This document shows positions 27,859-39,900 of a DNA stretch of 64,000 nucleotides, piece after piece. The position numbers were made by a program, and so were the translations under genes. The notes below the pieces were generated by a model. The model was not told the DNA's origin. It saw nothing but the letters and a program-made list of their open reading frames with translations, and did not search any database. Location: contig CAXXTB010000001.1 of assembly GCA_963676795.2 (NCBI GenBank), positions 1,371,212 to 1,435,211 of the forward strand, read 5' to 3'. Each line of letters begins with the position of its first letter. The stretch's first letter is position 1. This DNA comes from Geopsychrobacteraceae bacterium (GTDB lineage Bacteria; Desulfobacterota; Desulfuromonadia; Desulfuromonadales; Geopsychrobacteraceae).

Positions 27859-28434
27859 TTATTGCTGTTTGATGAACTTGGCAAGGTAAGTGTATTCACC
27901 CAGTTCCGCTTCGCTTGTTTTTTCGAAACCAAAAGGGCTTATCAGCTCTGCCAGGTCTTCAGCATCGAGTCGTTTACTGATGCCCGGGCCTGGGCCATCG
28001 TCGCGCTTTTTGAATTCGATGATATTGATACTGCCACTCTGCTTGAGCCGGCTGTGCAGATCCTGAATCAGCGCCAACCGGCCATCCAGGGGCAGATCAT
28101 GAAGAGCTGTGGCGAGCAGGGCATGATCGACAGATTCCGGCGCGAGCGGCAGCGGCTGACAGATGTTGGTGACTGCGGTCTGAATGTTCCCGATTCCTTG
28201 CTCCTGAATGGTTTCATTCAGGGCATCAATCCCTTCTGGCCAGAGGTCGAGGGCGACAATCCTGAGCTCCGGAAAGGCTGCGGCGAGGGCGAGGCTGTAA
28301 CGGCCGACACCACAGGCCAGGTCGACAAGTTGGTCTTGTGGTTGGATATTGAAAAGCGCAAAGGCTTTGTTCTGGTCGATATGATCGAGGCTGCTTTTTC
28401 CGGCTGCAACCGGTTTTTTCTTTTGCTCAGACAT
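27859..28434 (-). CDS. Class I SAM-dependent methyltransferase
   Basis: VDLACGVG motif I, ALD, LHD; GAGG RBS before MSEQKK. Confidence 0.85.
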   Translation of the reverse strand: MSEQKKKPVAAGKSSLDHIDQNKAFALFNIQPQDQLVDLACGVGRYSLALAAAFPELRIVALDLWPEGIDALNETIQEQGIGNIQTAVTNICQPLPLAPESVDHALLATALHDLPLDGRLALIQDLHSRLKQSGSINIIEFKKRDDGPGPGISKRLDAEDLAELISPFGFEKTSEAELGEYTYLAKFIKQQ

Positions 28435-28570
28435 GTTTACAGGTATCCTCTTGCGGTTGTTGGCATAATGTTTATGCGTCTGTCTGACCAGTGTCACCGA
28501 TTTGTGGCCGGCAGGTCAATTGGCGCGAGTTAGATAGTTGCCTCCGGAAACTCCGGAGGGCAACGCGTAA

Positions 28571-28711
28571 GTTTACAGATCGGAAACGAGTAATTGTTCG
28601 TCATGGCACGGAAATCAAGGGGGTATGCGGAGGCGTAGTACTTTACGCCGCACAAGTAAGTCCGTAGATTGACGCCGCTAAGGCGGAAAAGGGCCGTTTC
28701 CGGATGAAAAC
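28571..28711. repeat. Putative MITE-like structured intergenic element
   Basis: Imperfect terminal IRs GTTTACAGATCGGAAACG / (reverse complement) GTTTTCATCCGGAAACG and an internal GGCGTA...TACGCC hairpin; single copy in window. Confidence 0.45.
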
Positions 28712-28743
28712 CAGATAAATGAACCGTCTGAAAAGGAAGAATC

Positions 28744-29220
28744 ATGGAATTTAATCATTTTGATGATCAGGGACAGGCCATCATGGTCGATGTCAGTCAT
28801 AAGCAGAAAACCATGCGCACGGCGATCGCCCGGGCCAAGGTCAAGATGACCCCCTCATTGTTGCAGAACATCCTCGACGGCAAGATTGTCAAGGGGGATG
28901 TCTTAGGTGTCGCCCGCCTAGCCGGGATTCAGGCCTGTAAAAAGACCTATGAACTGATTCCGCTTTCCCACCCGCTGGCCCTGCATCATGCCAGTGTCGA
29001 TTTCGAGTGTCACCCGGAAAGCGGCGAAGTCATGGTTTTTGCCAAGGTTCGCGCTCATGAACGCACAGGTGTCGAGATGGAAGCGATGGTCGCCGCATCC
29101 CTGGCCGCTCTGACCATCTACGATATGTGCAAGGGAGCCGACAAGAGCATCAGCATCGAGCAGGTCGTCCTGCAGTTCAAAGAGGGCGGCAAGAGCGGCA
29201 CCTATCAGCGCGCTGAATAA
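28744..29220 (+). CDS. moaC: Cyclic pyranopterin monophosphate synthase
   Basis: MVDVSHK, KGDVLGVARLAGI, LIPLSHP, TGVEMEA, TIYDMCK, GGKSG. Confidence 0.95.
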   Translation: MEFNHFDDQGQAIMVDVSHKQKTMRTAIARAKVKMTPSLLQNILDGKIVKGDVLGVARLAGIQACKKTYELIPLSHPLALHHASVDFECHPESGEVMVFAKVRAHERTGVEMEAMVAASLAALTIYDMCKGADKSISIEQVVLQFKEGGKSGTYQRAE

Positions 29221-29223
29221 GTT

Positions 29224-30063
29224 CTATAAAGTAAGCTCTGTCCCGACGCTCGCGGCAAAGACCTTTTTGCCGAAACGGCGGGACAGGGCTTCACTCCCTT
29301 CCAGTCCGGTACAGTGTGAGGTACCGATCCGCTCGACCCCCAGCTCCTCAAGCATGTCCATTGTCGCATCCAGCTGCTTCTGGCTGCAGAACCGCAGGTG
29401 AGTTCCGCCCAGCACCATATAGACCTTTTTCGCACCGGTCAGGTTCAGGGCATGGCGGGTGATGTTTATCAGTCCGGCGTGAGCACATCCGAGCAGGATG
29501 ACCAACCCTTTTTCCGTTTCGATGAAGAGTGACTGGTCATCGGTCAGGGGATCGCTGCAGCATTGCCCTTTTTGTTTTTCAACCAGCAGGGTGGCATCCC
29601 CGGTTTCGACCTCGCAGGTCCGTGGGATTGTCCCCGACAGGGTGATGCCCGCAGCCAGCTGACGAGGTTCACTGCTGAGATCGAAACGGGCGCCGATCTC
29701 TTCGAGATCTTCACGGCTCCAGGGCATACCGATAGAACGCAGCGTATCGAGTTTGTCGCTGTAACGCGGATAGAAAATATCGGGGTGTGAGTAGACCGTC
29801 AGGGCGGAGCGGTGTTCCAGCAGTCTGTAGAGTCCCCCGACATGATCGTAGTGACCGTGGCTGATAATCACCGCGTCGACATTGCCCAGGTTGATCCCCA
29901 TCAGTGCGGCATTGTGCTTCAGAGTCAGGCCGTTGCCGGTGTCAAACAGGATGCTCCGTTCACCATGCTGAATATGGCAGGCGAAACCGTACTCACCGAG
30001 CAGGCCGGATGGGTAAACTTTCTCGACGGTGTTTTCACAGAGAATGGTCAGGGTGGTCGACAT
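29224..30063 (-). CDS. MBL-fold metallo-hydrolase
   Basis: LFDTG, SHGHYDHVGG, GCAHAG, GGTH, HCTG; GGAG RBS before MSTT. Confidence 0.88.
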   Translation of the reverse strand: MSTTLTILCENTVEKVYPSGLLGEYGFACHIQHGERSILFDTGNGLTLKHNAALMGINLGNVDAVIISHGHYDHVGGLYRLLEHRSALTVYSHPDIFYPRYSDKLDTLRSIGMPWSREDLEEIGARFDLSSEPRQLAAGITLSGTIPRTCEVETGDATLLVEKQKGQCCSDPLTDDQSLFIETEKGLVILLGCAHAGLINITRHALNLTGAKKVYMVLGGTHLRFCSQKQLDATMDMLEELGVERIGTSHCTGLEGSEALSRRFGKKVFAASVGTELTL

Positions 30064-30078
30064 GTTTTTCTTCTCCAA

Positions 30079-30483
30079 TCAGGCAAAGCGTGAGTTCAGG
30101 GTTTCCAGAATCGGCCGGTCAGCTTCAAGAATATCGTAATTAAAAAGATCTGCAGGAATAACCCAGGCATGGTCGCTGACTTCAAGATGGCGAATGTTGC
30201 CACTGAGCCTGGAACAGAGGAAGGCCATGATCTCGACCTGCCCCCAGTCGTAGCTGTGGCTGACCGTCTGCAGGTGTTCCCTGACCTCTATACTGATGTC
30301 CAGCTCTTCCTGGAGTTCCCTGATCAACGCCTGCTCGACCGTTTCGTTTGCATCCAGCTTGCCCCCCGGGAATTCCCAGCGGCCACCATGAGGCTTGTGA
30401 TCGGGGCGTTTGGTGATCAGAATTTTCCCATGTTCAACGATAACGGCGGCGCAGACCTGTAGAGAACGCATTTCAGATGACAT
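30079..30483 (-). CDS. MutT-like NUDIX (deoxy)nucleoside triphosphate pyrophosphohydrolase
   Basis: WEFPGGKLDANETVEQALIRELQEEL Nudix box; start at 30483 or 30471. Confidence 0.88.
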   Translation of the reverse strand: MSSEMRSLQVCAAVIVEHGKILITKRPDHKPHGGRWEFPGGKLDANETVEQALIRELQEELDISIEVREHLQTVSHSYDWGQVEIMAFLCSRLSGNIRHLEVSDHAWVIPADLFNYDILEADRPILETLNSRFA

Positions 30484-30615
30484 TTTACGGGCTTCCTTGT
30501 GCGGTATGAATCGATTTTTATCCGGGGCATTGTGCTGGATTCGAGGTCCAGATGCCAGAATTTTCTGAAGCTGTAAGCGCCCTGCCATCAGAAAATGGCA
30601 GGCCGGGAGAAGGGG

Positions 30616-31041
30616 TTAACGGTGCAGACTGGCGATCTCTTTGATTTGCTGGACCATCGCCTGCAGGCCGTTGCTGCGCGTCGGACTGAGATGGCTGAGC
30701 AGGTGCAGCTCGGAAAAATAGTTTTCGATATCGAAGTCGCAGGCCTGCTGAGGGCTCTTGTTGTTGTAGGCGGCAAGGACGACGACGAGCAGTCCCTTGA
30801 CGATGAAGGCGTCGCTGTCGGCGTTCAGCAAGAGCTTGCCGTCGTCTGTCAGCGAGGCTTCGATCCAGACCTTGCTCTGACAGCCCTTGACCAAGCGCTC
30901 GCCGCTTTTCTGTTCAGCGGTCATCTCCGGCAGCTGCTTGCCGAGATCGATGATGTATTTGTAGCGATCCTCCCAGCCATCGAAAAAACTTAAGGCATCG
31001 ACGATATCCTCTGCACTGATGGTGGTTCCGAATGGATTCAT
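30616..31041 (-). CDS. sufE: Cysteine desulfuration protein SufE
   Basis: RYKYIIDLGK, VKGCQSKVW, DSDA, LSPTRSNG. Confidence 0.93.
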   Translation of the reverse strand: MNPFGTTISAEDIVDALSFFDGWEDRYKYIIDLGKQLPEMTAEQKSGERLVKGCQSKVWIEASLTDDGKLLLNADSDAFIVKGLLVVVLAAYNNKSPQQACDFDIENYFSELHLLSHLSPTRSNGLQAMVQQIKEIASLHR

Positions 31042-31055
31042 GCTGTTGCTGCTCC

Positions 31056-32300
31056 TTACAGGAAGAGTTTGACCTTGGCAATGGCGGTAAATAGCCGGTC
31101 GACTTCGTCGTGGGTGTTGTAGATGCTGAAAGAGGCGCGGACCGTGCCTGGCACGGCGAACTGTTCCATCACCGGCTGGGCGCAGTGCTGGCCGGTGCGC
31201 ACGGCAATTCCCTGCTGGTCGAGGAGCATGCCGACATCGCTTGGGTGGGCTCCCGCCAGGTTAAAACTGAAGATGCCGACCCTGTGCTTGGCCTGACCGA
31301 CCTGAATCAGTCCTTCGCAGTCGGCAGCGCGCTGGATCGTATAATCGAGCAACGATACTTCGTGCGCCGCCAGGGCGCTGCGGTCGAAGCCGTTCAGATA
31401 GTCGATCGCCGCGGCCAGGCCGATGACTCCGGCGACATGGGGGGTGCCGGCCTCAAACTTGAACGGCAGGCGGTTGTAGATCGTTTCGGCAAAGCTGACC
31501 GATTCAATCATTTCGCCGCCCCCCAAAAACGGTGGCATGGCATCGAGCAGCTCTTTCTTGCCATAGAGTACGCCGATGCCGGTCGGGCCGAACATCTTGT
31601 GGCCGGAGAAGACATAGAAATCGGCATCGAGTGCCTGAACATCGACCGGCCAGTGGCTGATCCCCTGGGCACCGTCGATCAGCACCCTGGCTCCGGCAGC
31701 ATGGGCGAGGAGGATGATCTTCTCGATCGGGTTAACCGTCCCCAGGCTGTTGCAGACGTGGGCGCAGGCGACGATCTTGACCGGCTCCTGAGAGAGCAGT
31801 GCTCTGAACTTATCCAGTTCGATTTCACCTGTCGCATCAACCGGAATGGCGATCAGCCTGGCACCCTGGCGGGCGGCTGTCATCTGCCAGGGGACGATGT
31901 TGGCATGGTGCTCCATGGTCGAAGCGAGGATCACATCGCCCGGCTTTAAGGCGATACTGCCGAAGCACTGGGCGACGATGTTGATTCCTTCGGTCGTTCC
32001 CCGCGTCCAGATCACCTCTTCCTGGTGGGGCGCGTTGAGAAACTCCTGTACCGTTTTGCGCGCCTTTTCGAATTTACTGGTCGCCCGGTCACTCAGGGCG
32101 TAGCTGCCGCGGTGGACATTGGCGTTATCGCAGCGATAGAAATTGCTGATCGCCTCGATGACGCATTCCGGCTTCTGGGTGGTCGAGGCATTGTCCAGAT
32201 AGACCAGCGGCTGACCGTTGATCTGCTGGGCAAGGATCGGGAAGTCGCCACGAATCTCAAGCGGGTCGAACACCTTGGCTGCTTTTGCTACGGCGTTCAT
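31056..32300 (-). CDS. sufS: Cysteine desulfurase SufS
   Basis: YLDNASTTQKP, SGHKMFGPTG, FEAGTP, RTGQHCAQP (group II). Confidence 0.94.
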   Translation of the reverse strand: MNAVAKAAKVFDPLEIRGDFPILAQQINGQPLVYLDNASTTQKPECVIEAISNFYRCDNANVHRGSYALSDRATSKFEKARKTVQEFLNAPHQEEVIWTRGTTEGINIVAQCFGSIALKPGDVILASTMEHHANIVPWQMTAARQGARLIAIPVDATGEIELDKFRALLSQEPVKIVACAHVCNSLGTVNPIEKIILLAHAAGARVLIDGAQGISHWPVDVQALDADFYVFSGHKMFGPTGIGVLYGKKELLDAMPPFLGGGEMIESVSFAETIYNRLPFKFEAGTPHVAGVIGLAAAIDYLNGFDRSALAAHEVSLLDYTIQRAADCEGLIQVGQAKHRVGIFSFNLAGAHPSDVGMLLDQQGIAVRTGQHCAQPVMEQFAVPGTVRASFSIYNTHDEVDRLFTAIAKVKLFL

Positions 32301-33610
32301 GAAGGATTCTCCTGTGCGGCCGCTGCTCTGGTGAAGAGCGACTGCAGAACCGGTTTGAGAAACTGTGCCAGCGGCTCAAGTTCGATCTTCTCGACCAGTT
32401 CGTTGATAAAGCCGAAGCTGAGCATCAGTTCGGCATCGATCCTGCTGATCCCCCGGCTCTGCATATAGTAGAGAGCCAGCTCGTCGATCTGGGCGACCGT
32501 CGCTCCGTGGGCGCAACGCACATCGTCGGCGTAGATCTCCAGCTCCGGTTTGGTGTAGACCTCAGCATCCGGGCTGAGCAGCAGGTTCCTGTTGCTCAGC
32601 TCGGCCAGCGTCTTCTGGGCATCCTGATGGATATGGATGCGGCCGTTAAAAACCGCTGTGCTCTTGCCGGCCATGATGCCGCGAAAGACCTCGTTGCTGG
32701 TGCAGTTGGGCAGACGATGTTCGATACAGCTGTGGACATCGACATGCTCAGTGTCACACGGCAGGTAGAGGCCTTTGAGTTCGCAGTGGGAGCCGCCGTG
32801 CAGATGATGGACGACCAGATCGTGGCGTTGGCAGCGACCACCCAGCGCCAAGGTGAAGCCCTGGTAGCGGGCATGGGCACCGAGCGCGCAGTGGGCCGCA
32901 GAGAGGCTGACGGCAGACTGGCCTTCGAGCCCGAGGCGGTAGTGGTCGAGAACCGCGCCTTCTTCCAGCTCGATCTCCGTCAGCTGGTTGGAAAAGCTTC
33001 CCTGTCCTCCCGGCAGCACGACCTGATGTTCGATCAGGCAGGCTTTGGCACCCCTTTCCAGATCACAGATGATCCGGGTTGCCTGCTGCTCACTGCGGCT
33101 GTTCGGCGTAGCGACAAGGACGACATGGATAGGTTTGTCGATCTGGCTGTCCGCAGCCACCCTGATGACAAGGCCATCGCTGAGCAGGCTTAAGTTCTGC
33201 CAGGCGCCGATATGCTGATCCTTGTTCAGAGCCCGTTCAAAGGTTGTGTTGAGGCGATGCTCCAGCTGCTCCTGGGCGCTCGTCTCAAGCTGTGACAGGA
33301 TGCTCAGCTGCCCGGCATATCCGCTCCGTCCTGTCGACAGGTCGCTTTGAAAGCGGCCATCGACAAAGACCAGCCGGATGGCGTCGAGGCCGCCGATCTG
33401 TCCCAGTGCTGCAACTGTTTCAGAGTTGAGCTCGGCACTCAGCTCCGGCAGTTCAGCCAGGGCCTTGCTGATGGGGGTGTGCAGCCAGTGTTCTGTTTTG
33501 GGCCCCGGCCAGCTGAGTGTCGCGAGTTTCTCCAGCCCCTGCTCACGAAGAGCGGACAGCCAGTCGTATGTCTTGGCAACAGGGGCGGTCAGTGTGGTTG
33601 TTGTTCCCAT
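32297..33610 (-). CDS. sufD: Fe-S cluster assembly protein SufD
   Basis: FNGRIHI, KPELEIYADDVRCAHGAT, YYMQSRGI. Confidence 0.92.
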   Translation of the reverse strand: MGTTTTLTAPVAKTYDWLSALREQGLEKLATLSWPGPKTEHWLHTPISKALAELPELSAELNSETVAALGQIGGLDAIRLVFVDGRFQSDLSTGRSGYAGQLSILSQLETSAQEQLEHRLNTTFERALNKDQHIGAWQNLSLLSDGLVIRVAADSQIDKPIHVVLVATPNSRSEQQATRIICDLERGAKACLIEHQVVLPGGQGSFSNQLTEIELEEGAVLDHYRLGLEGQSAVSLSAAHCALGAHARYQGFTLALGGRCQRHDLVVHHLHGGSHCELKGLYLPCDTEHVDVHSCIEHRLPNCTSNEVFRGIMAGKSTAVFNGRIHIHQDAQKTLAELSNRNLLLSPDAEVYTKPELEIYADDVRCAHGATVAQIDELALYYMQSRGISRIDAELMLSFGFINELVEKIELEPLAQFLKPVLQSLFTRAAAAQENPS

Positions 33611-33619
33611 GGCCTTTTC

Positions 33620-34360
33620 CTATTCGCTGATCCAGCCGTAGCCGGTTTGTTCCAGTTCCTTGGCCAGCTCCTTGCCACCGGAGCGGACGATCCGCCCTTT
33701 GGAAAAAACATGGACGTAGTCGGGGACTATGTAGTCGAGCAGGCGCTGATAGTGGGTGATGACGATGAATGAGCGGTCCGGGTTGCGCTGGGCGTTGACG
33801 CCGTCGGCGACCACCTGCAGGGCATCGATATCGAGCCCCGAATCGGTCTCATCCAAAATGACCAGCTTCGGTTCGAGGATCATCATCTGCAGCAGCTCGT
33901 TGCGCTTTTTTTCGCCGCCGGAGAAGCCGTCGTTGACGCCGCGCTTGAGGAAGTCGGGATCGAGGTTGACCTCCTTGCATTTCTCCCGCGCCAGTTTCAT
34001 GAAGCTGATGCTGTCGAGCGGCTGTTCACCGCGTTCTTTGCGGTGCGCGTCATGGGCCGCCTTCATGAATTCCATATTGGTGACGCCGGGGATCTCGATC
34101 GGGTACTGAAAGGCGAGGAATACTCCGGCCCTGGCGCGTTCGTCTGCTTCCTTGTCGAGCAGCGATTCCCCCTGCAGGGCAATCTCCCCGGCGGTCACCT
34201 CGTAGCCGTCGCGGCCGGAAATGATATAGCTCAAGGTACTCTTGCCCGCACCGTTAGGGCCCATGATGGCATGCACCTCGCCGGGACCGATCTCCAGGTT
34301 GAGGCCGTTGATGATCTGTTTGTCGTCTATTTTTGCATGCAGATTCTTGATCGATAACAT
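33620..34360 (-). CDS. sufC: Fe-S cluster assembly ATPase SufC
   Basis: GPNGAGKST, FQYPIEIPGV, FSGGEKKRNE, LDETDSGLDIDAL. Confidence 0.96.
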   Translation of the reverse strand: MLSIKNLHAKIDDKQIINGLNLEIGPGEVHAIMGPNGAGKSTLSYIISGRDGYEVTAGEIALQGESLLDKEADERARAGVFLAFQYPIEIPGVTNMEFMKAAHDAHRKERGEQPLDSISFMKLAREKCKEVNLDPDFLKRGVNDGFSGGEKKRNELLQMMILEPKLVILDETDSGLDIDALQVVADGVNAQRNPDRSFIVITHYQRLLDYIVPDYVHVFSKGRIVRSGGKELAKELEQTGYGWISE

Positions 34361-34400
34361 GTTGTAAGTCCTTTATATATTGTCTGTAGCGCAGCAGCGC

Positions 34401-35837
<1,437 letters not shown>

Positions 35838-35971
35838 AGTTATCCTTCTTCTTTATGCAGATAGCCAGTCAGCCTGTTGCTCTGTTTGCTTTTATGCATG
35901 AATTGACAAAGAAAACATCGTTGTCAGGAAGATGCGGGTTCGACGGCATTGTCGTTGGAAGCTTTTCTTCG

Positions 35972-36004
35972 ATTATGCAAACTATAACCATAATAGTCAA
36001 CTAT
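35972..36004 (-). promoter_or_regulatory. suf promoter with an overlapping IscR/Rrf2-type half-site
   Basis: Minus strand TTGACT-N17-CATAAT; ATAGTTGACTA matches the left half of the IscR type-1 consensus. Confidence 0.5.
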
Positions 36005-36195
36005 CTACGAGAGATTATTACTCTGGTGCGGAGTTCTGGGGTAGATGTTCTGTCTTTTGGTGTGCAGCGGCGGAAGCAGTGGTTGATGTTTTGCTGTATC
36101 GGACATATAGTGGCGATTCGTCAGAAGGGAGGGGCTGCTGGGCTCTTCTCTGGAGTTTTGATTGTTCAACAGAAGCGCGGGAGTGAGAGTTTATT

Positions 36196-36912
36196 ATGTA
36201 TCAGATATCGGACAAGGGGCGCGGCGTTCGCCAGATGTTTGATGATATTGCCGGCCGTTACGATCTGCTCAACCGGCTACTGTCCTTCGGAATTGACGTG
36301 CGCTGGCGACGATTTGCTGTCAGTCAGTTGAGTATTCCCAAAAACGGACGAGTCCTCGATATCGCCACCGGGACCTGCGATGTCGCCCTTGAGGTCGCCG
36401 AACAGACCGACCCCAGTGTTCTCATCATCGGCGAAGATTTTACTCAAGGGATGCTGGTCGCTGGGCAGAAGAAACTCAAAGCGTCACCGCACGGGGAGCG
36501 GATCATGCTGGTCAACGCCCCCTGTGAAGAGATCCCCCATCCCGACCTGACTTTTGACGGAATTACCATCGCTTTCGGTATCCGCAATGTCGTCGATCGC
36601 GAAGCCGGTCTGCGCGAGATGGTCCGCGTCCTCAAGCCGGGGGGGAGGGCGGTCATTCTCGAGTTCTCCAGCCCGCGCAGCCGTCTCTTTCGTCAGATCT
36701 ACTATTTCTACTTTCAGAAAGTGCTGCCGACCATCGGTGGGCTTATTTCAAAACGCAGCGCCTACCAGTATCTGCCCGACTCAGTACTGGAGTTTCCCGA
36801 ACGGGAAGACTTTTCCGCAATGATGGAGAGCGCCGGTTTCGGCCGCGTTCAGCACAGCGATCTGACCTTTGGCATCGCCACCGTCTATGTCGGAGATAAA
36901 ACCGCCAGTTGA
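36196..36912 (+). CDS. ubiE: Demethylmenaquinone methyltransferase UbiE/MenG
   Basis: MFDDIAGRYDLLNRLLSFG, LDIATGTCD, AFGIRNV, AYQYLPDS. Confidence 0.93.
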   Translation: MYQISDKGRGVRQMFDDIAGRYDLLNRLLSFGIDVRWRRFAVSQLSIPKNGRVLDIATGTCDVALEVAEQTDPSVLIIGEDFTQGMLVAGQKKLKASPHGERIMLVNAPCEEIPHPDLTFDGITIAFGIRNVVDREAGLREMVRVLKPGGRAVILEFSSPRSRLFRQIYYFYFQKVLPTIGGLISKRSAYQYLPDSVLEFPEREDFSAMMESAGFGRVQHSDLTFGIATVYVGDKTAS

Positions 36913-36981
36913 GGGTCTTGCTCAAGCGGGAAACAATAGAATATGTTCTCTTAGCTTGCAGGAACAGTTGGCATACTCCGG

Positions 36982-39900
36982 CTATTTTGAATCTTCACCA
37001 GATTTTTTTTCCTCCCGGGAGAGGGCCGAGCCGATATCTTTGGCCAGTTTTCCGGGCAGCCCAAAGGTTCTTTTGAAAATCCCGAGCACGCCTTCCGAGA
37101 GAGAGGCAAGCGGAATGGCCGTGACCTTGGGCTCTGCGCCGGTTCCTTCCAGTTTGAACTGGGCCGTCAGCAGGGCTTTGTCGTCTCCGGCCAGCACCCA
37201 GCCAGCCAGCGGAATGGAGGTGACGATCTTGTCGACGGTGCGCAGCGGCATGACTCCCAGGACAAAATCGAGAGAATCGTCCAGCAGCCCCTGGCGTCCG
37301 ACCAGCGACAGGTTCATCGCTTCGCTGGTAATCTTCAGATCCTCTGTCGCGAGGTAGCCATCAGCGATTTTCAGGGAGCCCTCCATGAGGCTGAAGGGCA
37401 TTCCTTCGGTCTGCAGATCGGGCAGCTTCAGGGCGAACAGCTGGGAGACGTTGAGCAGCGAAAAGACCTTTGCCAGGCTGTTGAACTTGTTGAGAACCCC
37501 GTCACGGACCTGCAGGCCGATGCCGCCTCTCGCGGAAGCCCAGAACTGTTCATCCGGCTTTCCTTCGATATAAAAGTCTGCCTGCAGGTCGCCATTGATC
37601 AGGCCGTCTTTTTTAAAGAAATCCCTGTAGATGACCTGGGCGTCAATCCCTTTGATGTGGCCGGAGACCTTGAGCGGGTAGGCCTCTTCCTTGCCGTTGA
37701 AAACAACCCTGCCGCTGCAGGTCCCCATGCCGTTGTGAAAATTCAATGGGTGGATGTCGAGCATCCCCTGGTTGAACTGTATTGTTGCCTCCGCGTTCTT
37801 GAAGCGCAGATCTCCGAGTGTCCCCGTTTTGATATTGGTCGTGATGCGGACGTAAGGGGCTTTGCCCGTCCCGTCCCCTTTATGGGCTGGGCCGGTAAAC
37901 AGTTTGATGACGTTGAGGACATTGGCGGTTTCGGCCTGGACATCGAGGAGAACCTGAGGGGCTTCGAAGCTTTTCAGTCTGCCGGTGACTGTGACCAGAG
38001 TATCGTTTTCGACCCTGAGTCTGACCGGGGCGTATTCGATCCCGTTGCCGTCAATCAGCAGACGACCGTTGACATCGTAAAGGATCAACGTCTGGTCGCT
38101 GAAAAAGAGGTCATGGGCACGTACTCGAGGGGAACTGAGGTCAAGGCGCAGCCGGGGCTTTTGCCAGTCGTCTATGCCTCCGTCGATGCTAAATGCGGAC
38201 TTGCCAAGTGAGGCCCTGAGCTGCTTGAACGACATCCGCTTTCTGTTCAGGGTCACATTGCCAAAAATACTGTTAAGTGGACCGAGGGCATGGGTCAGGT
38301 ATGCTGCTCCATTATTGATGTGCAGCGTCAGCTCCGGCGAGTTGTCCTGTTGCTTCAGCTCTGCGGAAAGCACGCCGGAAAAATCTCTCTGGTCCAGAAA
38401 GGGAGAATAACGAGCCAACTTTTTCAGATCCAGGGGGGCGAGGCTGACATTGAAACTGGGCAGACCATAGGCAAGATCGCCGCTTAAGCGTGCCGCAATG
38501 AGCTGATTGTCGAGTTCCAGTTCAAGCTGTTCAACGGTGACCATGTTGTTGCTCAATGAACCCTTGAGGGATAAAAGCGCCTTTTGTTGGGGTGTTTTTT
38601 TGAACACGTCAGCGAAGCCTATTCCGTTTGTGGCGAAGTCGGCGCTCAGTCCCAGGTTCAGGTCGCTGAGCTCGCCATAAAGGCTGGCCATGAACGGGGT
38701 GGTTCCGGACAGATGTAGCTTATCTGGTGATTGAACAAGCTGCTGCAGGGGGTGCAGGGACAGTTCCCCTGTCGCTCGCAGATCGAGACGTGGCTGTTTG
38801 AAGACTGATTCGATCCGCCCTTCAACCTGAAGCGGGTCCCCGGTTGGCAGGATGATATGTGACTTTCTGACCTCGACCTGATCCTTCTGAAACAGCAGCT
38901 CTGCCGTCAGGTTGGGGATGGTCTGCAGCTTGCTGTCTCCCCATGCCAGGTTCTCCAGGTTGAGAGCCAGGTTGAAAATCGGCAATTCTGCCGCTGGCTT
39001 CTTGCTATCCCAGCTTTGCGCAAAGTTGAGCTGCAGCTGATTCACCTTGCCGGTTGTCAGTTTGCTGATGACAGGTAGCTGCCAGTAGCGGATTGCTGGG
39101 GTGCTGATGTCGAAGGGGGTGACGGCGAGGTTGCCGTAGAGACTCCTGCTGGCGCTGGCGGCATCGGCTGAGAAATGAACCTCGCCCCGCAAGGGAATAT
39201 TAAATATCTGACCGGACAAGTCGCTGAAGTCGTGGGCGCCAGCACGGTATGTCCACAGTCCTTTGACTGAGGCGAGCGGTGCGTCTGAAGACGCTGCAGC
39301 CAGGCTGAGCGAGATCGGGATTCCTGCAGACGGGGTACCGTTGAAGCTCAGGTCAAGGCTGTAGGCTTTGGGTAGTTTGACCTGACTGGCCAGCTCTGGA
39401 GGATTCGCCGGGTTGTCGATAGAGAATTTGAGTCTGCCCCGGAAGGGCTCCTCAGACCAGTGGGGCGCTTCCGCTGTCGAGGGGAGGGTCGTTTCCAGCG
39501 CCAAGCCGGCATGAAATTCAGGTAGGCTTCCGACCAGGGCCAGGCTGCCCTGTCTGCCTGTCTGCCAGTTGCGCAATACGGCGTTGACCCCGCTGAACTG
39601 CAGGTCGTTCCAGGGGGCGGGAACCCCTTCCTTGGCAATATGCAGGCTGGCATTGTAAACGCTGATGACATCGATTCCCAGGGTCTCCATCAGGTTGCTG
39701 GTCGCTGCTTGGGGGTGGGAGGCGTTGGCGGCCAGCTTCAATTCGACCTGAGGTTCGATCAGGCGGACCTCTTTAAGTTGGAATTGTCCGTGGAGCAGGG
39801 GGATGATTTCAAGGGTCGCGGAAATTTTGGGAATCCTGACCCTGACTTCCTGGTCGGAGCCGATGGCGAGCTGTTGCAGCTCAACGGCAATCCCGTCTCT

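Noticed and set aside
28604..28620. TGGCAC as a sigma54 -24 element before moaC
   Set aside because: No TTGC at the -12 position.
28500..28743. Moco riboswitch upstream of moaC
   Set aside because: Hairpins are present, but I could not assemble the Moco RNA architecture; terminal inverted repeats fit a MITE-like element better. An Rfam scan would settle it.
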